From a virus, in IMG/VR virus record IMGVR_UViG_3300034103_001746, positions 32,001 through 96,000 of that record: 64,000 bases of DNA. One strand, given 5' to 3'. The notes beneath the pieces were generated by a model, which saw only the letters and a program-made list of their open reading frames with translations, was not told the origin of the DNA and ran no database searches. Position 1 is the first letter of the stretch. Each line of letters begins with the position of its first letter. A program made the translations under genes and the position numbers. Below are positions 1 to 11,000 of this stretch, in pieces.

Positions 1-1
1 T

Positions 2-2149
2 ACATCGTCTTATGATTTAGCCTTACATCATAGTGATATGATAATTATTAGTCCAGAAGACACTAGTAATAATCCAATCTATACTGGTATTACTTTATTA
101 GTAAGCCGCCCAGGAGGTTTTCCTGGCGGTCAAACTTCTATAGATTTTGATACTAGAGATCGTGGCAATAATTTTAATCGCGGAACAATGGCAAGAATTG
201 TCGGCGGCAATACGTCAGGCACCGACGCTAATCGGCCTCATGGTGGCGAATTGTATTTCCAGACAGCACCATCAGGTAGCTCCTCACCAACAACTAGAAT
301 GTTTATTAATAGAGATGGAAATATTGGTATTAATACTGCCTCTCCAAGCGGTCAATTACATATTATAGGCACAGGAATAGTATCATCTAGATTAGGAGTA
401 GGTACTAATACTCCTACTCATGATTTGGATGTAAGAACCAATAGTGTTAATGCTTTATATATTGCTCAAGATAATAATACTAGATTTTTAAGTTTTGGAT
501 CTAATGGATTTATTAATAATACAACCTTAGCAGTTTCAAAAAGTACATGGGATAGTTTAGCTAGTTTGGAGATTGGTACTACGATTGCTGGTCGTAGAGG
601 TGTGGTAGTTCAACAAGTGTCTAATCAAACCGCTAATCCTATAGAGACTAGAAATATTGGAGGCACACCAATATCATATATTACTGCTGGTGGAGGAGCG
701 TATTTTGCTAGTGGCGTTGGTATAGGTACAACGACACCCAGCGGATTATTAGATGTTGCTGGAGATGTTTATGTACGTAATTCTACTAATACTTTAGGAA
801 ATCTATATTTTAAATCTACTAATGCAAGTAATGAAAACTCATTAAGAGTTAGAAGTGATACATTAGGCAATCTTTATCTAGATGGTGGTGGACCATATCT
901 TAAAGTTGGTAATCAAAGTGCAGACGCAGAAATATATGCAGGAGGCGCGGGTCCAGTAAGAATAGGTCACGTAAGTGCTGGAACAGTTGCTAATCAAAAT
1001 ATCATATTTAGGCCCGCTGGTACTGAAAGAATGAGAATAGATGGTAGCGGCAATATTGGTATAGGCACAGCTTCTCCTTTAACCAGACTTCATCTTGGAG
1101 CTAATATCGCAGGAGGAGCCGTTGGAACGACTGGACTACTTATTGATACAACACATAGTTCTTCTATCGTTAATTTACAAAGCCACTCAGCTGCTGTTAT
1201 AAATCCTACCTTTAATACTGCTGGCAGTAACTTGGCTAATACTTATGGTTTATATATACAGTCTCAGCATACTGGAGTATATACTACTACTAATCATTAT
1301 GGATTATATGTTAATAATTCTAATTTACAAGCTGGCACATTAAATAATAATTATGCCGCAGTATTTATGGGTGGAAATGTTGGTATTGGATTAAATAATC
1401 CATCGTCTACTTTACATGTGGGTGGTATTGCAAATTTTCAATTTGGATCAGTATCTACTGCTATTAGTGGTTCTAATATTAATACTAATCAAAATGATAT
1501 TCATTTATCTGCTAGTAATCAGACTATTTTTAGAGGATTAGATGGTTGGACAACTACTTGGTCAGATTCTGCTATTACCACATATTTTCAAGTTGGCAGA
1601 GCTTCAGGAAATACATTTTTTACATCACGACAAGGTTTTGCTTTTAATAGACTAGCTTATAGTGCTGAGAAAATATTATTTACTAATCAAACATCTAATT
1701 TATCCATTCCTAGTGGATACTTTACAGTTGCTTATAACAATAATAATTTATTAAGTATTAGTACTAGTGGAAACGTTGGAGTTGGAACAAATAGTCCGAG
1801 TGGTCTTTTAGACGTTGCTGGCAACTTAACATTCAATACATTTACAGAAAAAGTAATTACTAATACAAATAGTGGTAGTGGTGTTGTTCTTAGTATAGAT
1901 AGTGGAACAGTTCATAGAATTACACTAACTAATAACTGCGCTTTTACTATGCCAAGCGTTGTCGCCGGTAAGAGTTTTAGTTTATTTTTAAATAGTGGAT
2001 CTGGTAACTATACAGCTAGTTTTAGTGGAGTATTATGGAGTGATAGTGCGCCTCCAACAATTACTACAACAGCTAATAAAGTTGATATTTTAAGTTTTAT
2101 TAGTGATGGAACTTCTTGGTATGGATCTTATTCTCAAAATTATGGATAA
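2..2149 (+). CDS. Tail fibre protein, 5'-truncated by the window edge
   Basis: The frame is open from position 2, upstream of the ATG at 38. It has repeated G(N/R)(I/V/L)G(I/V)GT..P...L(H/D)V motifs typical of phage fibre shafts. The C-terminal beta domain ends PTITTTANKVDILSFISDGTSWYG, common in fibre proteins. Confidence 0.8.
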   Translation, partial: TSSYDLALHHSDMIIISPEDTSNNPIYTGITLLVSRPGGFPGGQTSIDFDTRDRGNNFNRGTMARIVGGNTSGTDANRPHGGELYFQTAPSGSSSPTTRMFINRDGNIGINTASPSGQLHIIGTGIVSSRLGVGTNTPTHDLDVRTNSVNALYIAQDNNTRFLSFGSNGFINNTTLAVSKSTWDSLASLEIGTTIAGRRGVVVQQVSNQTANPIETRNIGGTPISYITAGGGAYFASGVGIGTTTPSGLLDVAGDVYVRNSTNTLGNLYFKSTNASNENSLRVRSDTLGNLYLDGGGPYLKVGNQSADAEIYAGGAGPVRIGHVSAGTVANQNIIFRPAGTERMRIDGSGNIGIGTASPLTRLHLGANIAGGAVGTTGLLIDTTHSSSIVNLQSHSAAVINPTFNTAGSNLANTYGLYIQSQHTGVYTTTNHYGLYVNNSNLQAGTLNNNYAAVFMGGNVGIGLNNPSSTLHVGGIANFQFGSVSTAISGSNINTNQNDIHLSASNQTIFRGLDGWTTTWSDSAITTYFQVGRASGNTFFTSRQGFAFNRLAYSAEKILFTNQTSNLSIPSGYFTVAYNNNNLLSISTSGNVGVGTNSPSGLLDVAGNLTFNTFTEKVITNTNSGSGVVLSIDSGTVHRITLTNNCAFTMPSVVAGKSFSLFLNSGSGNYTASFSGVLWSDSAPPTITTTANKVDILSFISDGTSWYGSYSQNYG

Positions 2150-2154
2150 TAGTT

Positions 2155-3219
2155 ATGTTTAGTGCTAATTTTAATTCAAATCAACGATCTACGAGACTAT
2201 TGAGAAAAAGACAATTATTAAGCATGGATATTATATATAAGGCTCAACCGTATGTTGATGTTATTGGTAAAAATCAATATACTTATGGATTAGATTTTAT
2301 ACAAAACGGAAAGCCGTTTACTGGCGCTTATGATATTAATGTAAAAAAAGATTTTCCATTCACTATTACTGGATCTAATCACCCCGATGTACAACTATGG
2401 CAATATCTTGGCGGAACTGCTAGTTCTACTACTATTAATGCTATGAATACTTTTTGTAACACCATTGATAGCAATGGTTTAAGAAATAAATTTTATAGAC
2501 TTAATTTATTTTGTGGAAATAATCTTAATTCTTGTTTAATTCCACTATATAATAGTAGTCATTGGATTAATCCTACTTATGGATTTTCAAAAGATATAAA
2601 TTATAATTTTGTTGAAAGCGATTATGTTGAAACGGGGAGTAATGCTGGATTAACTTCTAGTGGCGCTGATGTAGTACAACAAAACGTAGGATCTAAATAT
2701 TTAGATTTGGGTATAGTGGCTAGTATAATTAATCCTATAGGTTTGGTTCCAACTAATATGCATCTATCAGCGTCGATATCATGTACACCTGTATCGGCCA
2801 ATGCTACAAATATATTTTATAATACCTTTAACTATTCAGATTTTTATGCTTTAGGTATACAATTATTATCTGGTAATGCTAATATTAGAGGAACGATAGG
2901 TAGTCAGACTGTTAATAGCACCATCACGCCAGTATCCACTGGCTTCGTACCATTAAATTATTATATAACATCCAGAATAGCAAACAACGATAGTAGAAAC
3001 TATCAAAACGGCACTCAAATTGGATCTACAAACACCACAATAGCAACAACTATAATGTCAAACGGATTACCGTCATTTTTAATGTATAGACAAACTGCGG
3101 GATATTATGGCAATATGAGAATTACTAATTATTCAATTGGTTTAGGATTAAATTCTAGCGAAGCATCTATAGTATCTAGTGCGATAGCAGCCTTCAACAC
3201 TGCGTTAAATAGGAGTTAA
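2155..3219 (+). CDS. Virion accessory/fibre-associated protein, probable LamG/concanavalin-like fold
   Basis: The ATG at 2155, just after the upstream stop, is preferred over 2116. The sequence is beta-rich and N/S/T-rich, with a C-terminal SRIANNDSRNYQNGTQIGS segment resembling LamG-like phage domains. Confidence 0.55.
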   Translation: MFSANFNSNQRSTRLLRKRQLLSMDIIYKAQPYVDVIGKNQYTYGLDFIQNGKPFTGAYDINVKKDFPFTITGSNHPDVQLWQYLGGTASSTTINAMNTFCNTIDSNGLRNKFYRLNLFCGNNLNSCLIPLYNSSHWINPTYGFSKDINYNFVESDYVETGSNAGLTSSGADVVQQNVGSKYLDLGIVASIINPIGLVPTNMHLSASISCTPVSANATNIFYNTFNYSDFYALGIQLLSGNANIRGTIGSQTVNSTITPVSTGFVPLNYYITSRIANNDSRNYQNGTQIGSTNTTIATTIMSNGLPSFLMYRQTAGYYGNMRITNYSIGLGLNSSEASIVSSAIAAFNTALNRS

Positions 3220-3220
3220 T

Positions 3221-6200
3221 ATGGGAACATTATTTGTGGATTATGAAAATGGTAATGATAATTATGCTGGAACTAGTTTTTTACCACTAGCTTCTGGTGT
3301 GGATGGTGTTATTTCTGGTGTTGTTAGTGGATATGGTATATTTAGCTCTGCTAGTGCTAATTTTCCTAACAATAATACTATAGCTCCAGTGAAAAATGAA
3401 GCTTGGTATTCTGAAGATTTATCAACTTATGGTTCTGTTAATAATTTAACTATTGTTAGAGATTCTACTATTAGTCCTCCTAGTGGTATTAGTGGTAATG
3501 TTTTTAAACTAACAGAATCTGTTGGATTCTTAACTGTGCGGCTATCATCAATTACAAATTATACTCCAATTTATCCAGCTACACAATATACGTTTTCTAT
3601 TTATGCTAAAACTGATGGTCGAAATAAAGTTATCTTAAGATATGATGCTGATGTTAGATCAGCTAGATATAACTTATCGAATGGGACTGTTGAAGAAACA
3701 GGAGCAAGCGCCACATCATCCATAACGTCTGTTGGTGACGGATGGTACAGATTAACCTTAACTATTACTACTCCCGCTGGCTCAGGATATTCTGCTGAAA
3801 ACTGGCAAATTTTGATGATAGATAACAACTATTCTGGTTTAGCATTTTCGTCTGCCGGATACACGGGGGATGGAATTAGTGGTTTATATATTAGTGGTAT
3901 GCAAATAGAACCAGGATCATCCGCAACAGTTTATGAGTTACCAGCATATCAATTATTAAGTATTTTTACTGGTTCAACATATACTACTTTTCATATTACT
4001 GAACGAATTAGTTCTACTAGTTTGCGTATTAATTTAATGAACAGTAGTACAGCACCAACAGCACAAAGCGCAAGGCAATATTTTATTGGAGGACGATTAA
4101 AAACTATATCCTCTACTGGAGTTAGTGCTGCCAGAACCATTCCTGGAGATACTGTGCGTATTATGGCTAGTCCACTACCAACAATACTGGGTAGCGGAAC
4201 TTGGAGTACATTAACCGGAGTCGTTGGTGCAGGATCTAGTAACGTAGTATCAGCAACGAATACATCTCCTATTGTGGTAACCTGTGCTAGTACTATGGCA
4301 ACACTAGGCATTAGTAATGGAGATACTGTTTTAATTAATTTTAATACAGCAAATACTAATAGTAATGGAACATGGGAAGTAACCGCTGTTAGCGGAAGCA
4401 CTTGTGCATTAGTAGGATCATCTGGTAATTTTAACCAAACAACCAGTGTTGGCCTTTTGAGAAAAATGACTCATAGAGTAGTAAGACTAAGCACTCCAGT
4501 TACGGATAATATAGCAAGTTATGGTAATCGTGGAGAAGGTCGTACAGCGTGGATAGGATCAACCAATGTTACAGCAGATTTTGATACTAGTACCACATCG
4601 GTAGATACTAAAGAAGGAGATGTTGCTGATCGTATTGCCATAGGAGCAGCATTTACCACGGGTAAAGCAGCCTATAAGGCTACAGGATCATTAAATTTAA
4701 GTCAATACCAACAAGTTAGTTTTTATATTAAGCAAACAGCCGGAACCGTTGCTGTGTCTGGTGATATTAGCTTACGATTGTGTTCTGATACTACAGGTGA
4801 CACAACTGTTCATACCATTAATATTCCACCAATGTTAAACCTGAATTTTTGGATTCCATTTACTATAAATTTGAATGCAAATATGAATAATAATATACAA
4901 AGTATTGCTTTATATGTTGATGCTGATAAAGGCGCCCAAACATTTTTATTAAGCAATATCATAGCTTGCAAAGCAGCATCCTCGCCCGACAGTCTAAACC
5001 TACAATCTCTTATTAGTAAAAATACGGCTGATGAGTGTTGGTATCCTATTATGAGTATTAATGGTACTCGTATAACGATAAGTAATGGACCAAACCTTAA
5101 TACTAATCCTGGTTCCACAGCTAATAGAGGAGGATATTATGGAGTTACTGAAACAGTAACCACCTATAAAAGAGAAACGATTAAAACAGTTATGGTTTCT
5201 AGCTCAAACTCTATAGTACAGGAAATTCAAGAAGGTGGAATTTTAGGGTCACCAATTAGCTATGAATTTGGATGGGACAGAAATAATATGAATGTTCAAA
5301 ATTCAACTAGTTTTTTTGATGGTTTGAATGGTTTGGGTTATGGCTTATATAGTATTAGTAAAAATTATATTAATATAAACAACTATTGTGGAACTAGATA
5401 CGATAGAGCACTCAGATTTTATACTGCACAATATTATAATATTGGTTTTATAGAATCTTGTAATTGTTTAAGTAATGGGATAGATTTAGGCTTCGGTCTA
5501 AATATGGGCAATATTTCATATTTAAGATGTTGTTGTAATCAAGGGGCAGCAATACTGTTAGATTTTGGCTGTAATTCTAATATTTTTAATAAAATTATTA
5601 CTATTGGTAATTTAAGTAATGGTATCTTGTTAACGAGAGGAACTAGCAACAATCGAATTAATAATATTTTATCGGCTGCTAATTCTTTTGGAATTTTTGC
5701 AGACCAAGGACTTAATAATATTTATACTAGCGGCAATTTTATACAGAATCAAACTGATGGGGTTAGATATTATGGAGCATCTAATGACCAATACATAAAT
5801 TGTGTATCATCTGGAAATGCGACTAATGGATGGTTTACCTTTGGTGGGGATGTGTATTTAAAAAATTGTTTAGTGAACGAAAGCGCTGAATTTGGTAATT
5901 ATGCATTTGCTAATAGTAGAATATATAGTTCCAATCATGATAATGTTGCTAATAATTATATTATTAGTACGGATCTTGGGCTGATCAGACCACAAACGAG
6001 TATACGATACTCTAATAGTGGATATGCATGGGCTATGAGTCCAACATCACAACTCAGAAGCTCAATCTATCCTCTAGACTTTATAATAGCTAAAATAGCA
6101 GTATCTGCCAATAGTTTAGTAACAGTCAGAGCGTGGATGAGACGAACAAACACTCTCTTAACAACAGGATTGCGGATTAAAGGTGGTCAAATAAGTGGTG

Positions 6201-6367
6201 TTCCAAATAATATTGCCAGTTATATGAATGCTGCTGCTGATACTTGGCAACAAGTAACGTTGTCGTTCACACCAACAGAAGTTGGTGTGGTAGAAATACT
6301 AGCAGAATGTTATGGTGGCTCAACTTATACAGCTTATGTAGACGATTTAAGTGTAACTCAAGTTTAA
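3221..6367 (+). CDS. Large virion structural/receptor-binding protein with carbohydrate-binding-like domains and a parallel beta-helix region
   Basis: 1048 aa. It has a CBM-like YTFSIYAK...GWYRLTLT segment, N/G/C-rich beta-helix-like repeats (~5380-5900) and a C-terminal WQQVTLSFTP...YVDDLSV CBM-like end. Confidence 0.6.
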   Translation: MGTLFVDYENGNDNYAGTSFLPLASGVDGVISGVVSGYGIFSSASANFPNNNTIAPVKNEAWYSEDLSTYGSVNNLTIVRDSTISPPSGISGNVFKLTESVGFLTVRLSSITNYTPIYPATQYTFSIYAKTDGRNKVILRYDADVRSARYNLSNGTVEETGASATSSITSVGDGWYRLTLTITTPAGSGYSAENWQILMIDNNYSGLAFSSAGYTGDGISGLYISGMQIEPGSSATVYELPAYQLLSIFTGSTYTTFHITERISSTSLRINLMNSSTAPTAQSARQYFIGGRLKTISSTGVSAARTIPGDTVRIMASPLPTILGSGTWSTLTGVVGAGSSNVVSATNTSPIVVTCASTMATLGISNGDTVLINFNTANTNSNGTWEVTAVSGSTCALVGSSGNFNQTTSVGLLRKMTHRVVRLSTPVTDNIASYGNRGEGRTAWIGSTNVTADFDTSTTSVDTKEGDVADRIAIGAAFTTGKAAYKATGSLNLSQYQQVSFYIKQTAGTVAVSGDISLRLCSDTTGDTTVHTINIPPMLNLNFWIPFTINLNANMNNNIQSIALYVDADKGAQTFLLSNIIACKAASSPDSLNLQSLISKNTADECWYPIMSINGTRITISNGPNLNTNPGSTANRGGYYGVTETVTTYKRETIKTVMVSSSNSIVQEIQEGGILGSPISYEFGWDRNNMNVQNSTSFFDGLNGLGYGLYSISKNYININNYCGTRYDRALRFYTAQYYNIGFIESCNCLSNGIDLGFGLNMGNISYLRCCCNQGAAILLDFGCNSNIFNKIITIGNLSNGILLTRGTSNNRINNILSAANSFGIFADQGLNNIYTSGNFIQNQTDGVRYYGASNDQYINCVSSGNATNGWFTFGGDVYLKNCLVNESAEFGNYAFANSRIYSSNHDNVANNYIISTDLGLIRPQTSIRYSNSGYAWAMSPTSQLRSSIYPLDFIIAKIAVSANSLVTVRAWMRRTNTLLTTGLRIKGGQISGVPNNIASYMNAAADTWQQVTLSFTPTEVGVVEILAECYGGSTYTAYVDDLSVTQV

Positions 6368-6375
6368 GGTGAATT

Positions 6376-6555
6376 ATGAACTATACTATTAGTGAATTAT
6401 TTTTAGATCCTGCCAATAAGTACAGGGTAAGGGTCATAATAGATGAAAATAGAACTGAATTTTTTAAATTTGACCACTATCCAACTCAAGAAGAAATTAA
6501 TGAGACTGTTAATGCTTACTTAAATAATATTAATAATTTAGGAGAAAATTCATGA
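6376..6555 (+). CDS. Small hypothetical protein (59 aa), absent from the ORF track
   Basis: MNYTISELFLDPANKYRVRVIIDENRTEFFKFDHYPTQEEINETVNAYLNNINNLGENS. AAGGTG lies upstream and its stop forms an ATGA overlap with the next gene. Confidence 0.75.
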   Translation: MNYTISELFLDPANKYRVRVIIDENRTEFFKFDHYPTQEEINETVNAYLNNINNLGENS

Positions 6556-6869
6556 GTTTACCAATATTATCAGCAACAAACCCAACCACTGTACCAGCCA
6601 TAGTTTATGACAAGTGGTGGATTCAAAAAATAGAAATTCAAGCACCAAGCCCTAATCATGACGCTAGTGCTAATATAATTTTAGTTAAATTTGCCACCAA
6701 TGAAGATGGTATCGCAACAGTTTCTAATGAAACGGTTGCTATGGAAATGAATAACTTATTATCAAACGCTACTAATGATCCTGAACTCGCTATGGTTATT
6801 GGGGGTTTGATGAACTATATTATGAAAGTTGGTCAGAATCGTGGAATTGTGGCCGCAGAAAGTATTTAG
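6552..6869 (+). CDS. Hypothetical protein (105 aa), possible fibre assembly factor
   Basis: ORF preceded by an AGGAG ribosome-binding site, at the end of the fibre cluster. Confidence 0.7.
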   Translation: MSLPILSATNPTTVPAIVYDKWWIQKIEIQAPSPNHDASANIILVKFATNEDGIATVSNETVAMEMNNLLSNATNDPELAMVIGGLMNYIMKVGQNRGIVAAESI

Positions 6870-7051
6870 AATCTACACACCATCCATCTAATCGATATAT
6901 CGCCTAATCAAAACAACTCTTTTAAGAACTGATGGATTTATCCATCTTTAATCGATAAAGATTACCTGACTAGATATATCAAATAGATCGATATTTCTTT
7001 AAATAATGGCTAATTTATTTAGAATTTAGATTTTATACTTTATAAGAGCAG

Positions 7052-7070
7052 GGTGTATCTATAAATATAA
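7052..7070 (+). promoter_or_regulatory. Candidate late promoter (GGTGTATC-TATAAATA)
   Basis: TATAAATA (7060-7067), the T4-type late promoter consensus, sits in a true intergenic gap about 35 nt before the neck gene. The AT-rich background weakens this. Confidence 0.35.
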
Positions 7071-7100
7071 TGACGCCACAATTCTTTAAAAAGGTCTAAT

Positions 7101-7616
7101 ATGAGCTGGCAAACGGAAATACCCATAATTGTTCGCACTCTTATTAATGACTGGTCAGATCAGCCAGTTTATAGTGATGAAAGAATAATACAGGTTATAG
7201 CTGTAGCAGCACAATATGTGCAATTTGATGTTGTTTTAGATCAGAAATATTCAGTAGACATAACGAGTCCCGCAATGTCTCCAGATCCAACATTAAATAG
7301 AGATGAAATTTTTATTAGTTTAGTTTCATTAAAAGCCGCTTGTATAATAGATCAAAGTAATCTGAGAACCAAAGCCGCTATGGAAGGTATTAGGGCTGCT
7401 TTAGGACCAGCAAGTTTAAGTGTTGGTGGTAGCTTAGAGGGTATAAAAATGGTATTAGAACATGGTCCTTGCGCATTATACGAGGAATTAACTTCTCATT
7501 GGGATGTTAAGGATGCTACCGCTGTTAGGGCTATACTTAGTCCATTTGTTGGTAATAATTTTAATCCCAGATATATTCAGAGCTATGGTTATAGAGCTAG
7601 AGATTTTTATTCTTAA
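7101..7616 (+). CDS. Putative head-tail connector/neck protein
   Basis: 171 aa. The N-terminal VRTLIND....YSDERI pattern resembles gp6/gp15-like connectors, and the position in the structural block fits. Confidence 0.55.
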   Translation: MSWQTEIPIIVRTLINDWSDQPVYSDERIIQVIAVAAQYVQFDVVLDQKYSVDITSPAMSPDPTLNRDEIFISLVSLKAACIIDQSNLRTKAAMEGIRAALGPASLSVGGSLEGIKMVLEHGPCALYEELTSHWDVKDATAVRAILSPFVGNNFNPRYIQSYGYRARDFYS

Positions 7617-7631
7617 TAGGATGTACTAACG

Positions 7632-8072
7632 ATGCCAGCCGCCGAATATAATTTTAGTATTGAAAAAGGTACATCTTTTGTAATAGCTTTTGAATATAAA
7701 GACGATAGTAATATACCAATTAATATTACAAATTGGTGCGCTAGAATAAGATGGATAGAGGATCAGAGTACACCCACAACCAGAACTTTTGTGACGAATA
7801 CCAGGAATAGTGATTATGAATTCACTATAGATCCATTATTAGGTAAAGTTGTATTAAAACTAAGCGCAGCATTTACTGCCTCGTTTGATTTTGGTAGTGC
7901 TAGATATGATTTTGAACTACAAGAACCCAATGATTTGTACACTGGTGGTGGGCGTAAAATATTTAGAATCCTCCAAGGCTCTATCGGACTCGTTACCAGA
8001 AATGTGCCAGGGAACGATTCGTTCTCCTGCAATACAGATGTACAAAATGATTGTGGAACTTGTAACTCATGA
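7632..8072 (+). CDS. BppU-N-like fibre attachment/adaptor protein
   Basis: YNFSIEKGTSF...PINITNWCAR...GKVVLKLSAAFT...ARYDFEL...RILQG matches the pattern of BppU-like Ig-fold adaptors. It immediately precedes the giant fibre gene. Confidence 0.6.
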   Translation: MPAAEYNFSIEKGTSFVIAFEYKDDSNIPINITNWCARIRWIEDQSTPTTRTFVTNTRNSDYEFTIDPLLGKVVLKLSAAFTASFDFGSARYDFELQEPNDLYTGGGRKIFRILQGSIGLVTRNVPGNDSFSCNTDVQNDCGTCNS

Positions 8073-11000
8073 CAATTGTAAATGTTATTGAAGAAAATAA
8101 TACTACTAAATATTTAATTATTAGTCAGCAAAAAGACCCTAGTACTCTAATTACTACTAGGGTTGCTATTACTGATAATGCTAATAATACTATTAAATTA
8201 GTTGATATACAAAGAGGACCACAAGGAGAGCCCGGCCCAATGGGGCCTGCTGGTCCAGCTGGTCAAGACGCTATTACTTTCGAACTCTTGCCAATTATTA
8301 GTGGTGGTACTAATAATACTATTTTCACTAATGATAAAATTATTTATTATGATGGTTCTAAACTATCTAGTACTAATTATAGTATTAATGATTTATTAGC
8401 CATTAGTAATGCCGACGCCATTACTGGTATAATACCAAATACAGGATTATCTAAAATTACTAATGGGTCAACCGTTATACTAAATACTAATTTGGGAGAT
8501 GGCTTAACTGTTGATAATAGCAATAATATTATAGTTGATGATACTATTGCTAGAAGAGTAGAATTAACTGTAGGAAATATTTCTGGTATTTTGGGCATTA
8601 ATAAGGGCGGTACAAATAATTCTGTTTTTAATACCAATCGTTTAGTTTATTTTGATGGTAGTAAGCTTACTAGTTTTCCTTTGGATACTGGTCGTATAGT
8701 CACTAGTGGATCTACTATAAATATAATAGCAGGTTCTGGATTAATTGGAGGAGGTGGATTGTCTCTGCCAAGTGGCTCTGTAGTGATTAATATTGGCAGT
8801 TCTGAAGATATTCTAGTAGCAGAAAATACTATTGAATTATCTATCACCGGTGTTCCTGGTACATATACCAAGGTTACAACAGATACTAAGGGACGTATAG
8901 TTTCTGGTACATTTTTAACACAACAAGATATTATAGATATATTAGGATACATTCCATGGAATCCCAATAACGATGGTGAAAACAGTGGATTAGACGCAGA
9001 TTTATTAGATGGTCAGGATGGTTCATATTATTTAAACTTCTCTAATTTTACAGGCACCATACAAACTAATGTGCTTCCATCCAATACGGTTCCCGGCACA
9101 TATTCTAAAGTTACTGTTAGCGATAAAGGCTTGGTATTAAATGGAGACAATATCAATTATGCTGATGTTGTAACTGCTTTAGGCTATAGACCAGTTAGTG
9201 TTTCTGGTGACACAATTAATGGTGATCTAGATATTATTGGAAATGTTGATATTAGCAATGGTAGTTTAACTCTAGAAGATAATCTTCCAATTTTTGCATA
9301 TGATAATGCTAGTTTATTACCTAATGATCCTAGAGGTTTTAGTTTCGTATATGGTAATACATTTAAACAAACTGGCATATTGGCTTATTATCCAGCAGAT
9401 AATCAACTCAAACTAATTACTGATATTTTCGGTACTGGAACAAATGATTTAGGTGGTGGTAACAGTGAAAATAATTTCAATGGAGAAATTGATGGAGGCA
9501 ATTCATCAAGCATTTATCTGCTAGGTAATATGCAAGGTGATGAAGCTATAGTTCTATTACAGCATATAGCTGACCAGAGATACATTAGTTTAACCGCTAG
9601 TCAAATTATTAGTGGAATTAAAACTTTTAGTGATTCGGTTAATATATTCAAATATGTGAATATTGTTCAAGGAACTGGTTATAGTGGTCCGCCAATCTTT
9701 GTTGGTGGCAATAGTGGATTAATTACTAATTTAAATTCTGATTTATTAGATAGTAATCATGGAGCATATTATCGTAATGCAGTAAATTTAACTGGCGTTT
9801 TAGACTATAATAATACAACTGTCAGTAATATTAGTGGTATCACAGACTACTTACCAAAATTTGATAATAGAACATTAGGACCAAGCAGAACTATATCAAA
9901 CTCTATAGTTAAACAGTCTGGTGCTTCTTTAATTGTGGTGGAAAATGGGTCGTTATCTGTCGGTTCCAATAATACTGTACAAGGCACAAACTCTTTATCT
10001 GTTGGTGCTAATAACAGAAATAATAATACAAATACTTTATCTGTAGGTATTAATAATTTAACTAATGCTAATAATAGCGTAGCCATAAATAATGGCTCCC
10101 AGACAACTGCTCAAAATTCATTAGCTATGGGTTCTTATGGTACTACCTGGCTACAAAATCAAATCAGTATTGGAGCATTTGAAGAATTAAATCCTAATGA
10201 TAATATTACTAGAATAGGTCTTGGTCAGCATTCTACAGCAGCAATTGGGTATAATGGTGTTACCAACGGATCATATCAAAACTTAAGTCCGTTAATCACT
10301 ATACCAAATAATAAGACGATACTATATAATATTGATTTACTATTCACTAAACTTGGCGGTAGTGGCGCCGCTGCGTTTTCTTTTGCTAGCGGCATAGCCA
10401 AGAACGTCAATGGAGCATCCTATATTCTGCAAAATCATAGTAAATCAGAACTTTATAATGATTCTCAATTAAGAGAGTATATTTATGCCATTAGAGTTGG
10501 CAGTGCGACAAATCAAAACCAGATACTATCTGTAGAAAAACCTCCATTAAAAAATAATTTATTAGAAATTCAAAATTTATCTTCTATTAATAGAATTCGT
10601 CCAGAACTTACAGAAATTAGTGGATACTTCTATAAAACATTTGATGGTAGAATATTGCTTCAAATGAACAAGCCTATATCTAGCGGATGGTTTGAACAAT
10701 ATGAAGATCAATTTATTATTAAAGTAAAATCATACAATCATGGAGCTGTTACTGGTTGTATTGTTAATACTCAGTATACTTCAGGCATTTTATTTAAACC
10801 ACCAAGTTCAGGACATCTTGTCAAATATGTTTACAATAAAGACGAATTTGGAATTTCTGATTACTTTTGGAGAGGTCATTATAAAAATGGTTTTATAGAT
10901 ATACTAAACAATGATATTACTAGTATAGATTCTGCGAATAAATTTATTTTTAGCGGTAATCTATCTAATCTATCTAACAATATTACAAATTGTTCTCCGT

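Noticed and set aside
6870-7050. Minus-strand small gene in the intergenic gap
   Set aside because: All three reverse frames are interrupted by stops within short distances, and there is no credible start or RBS.
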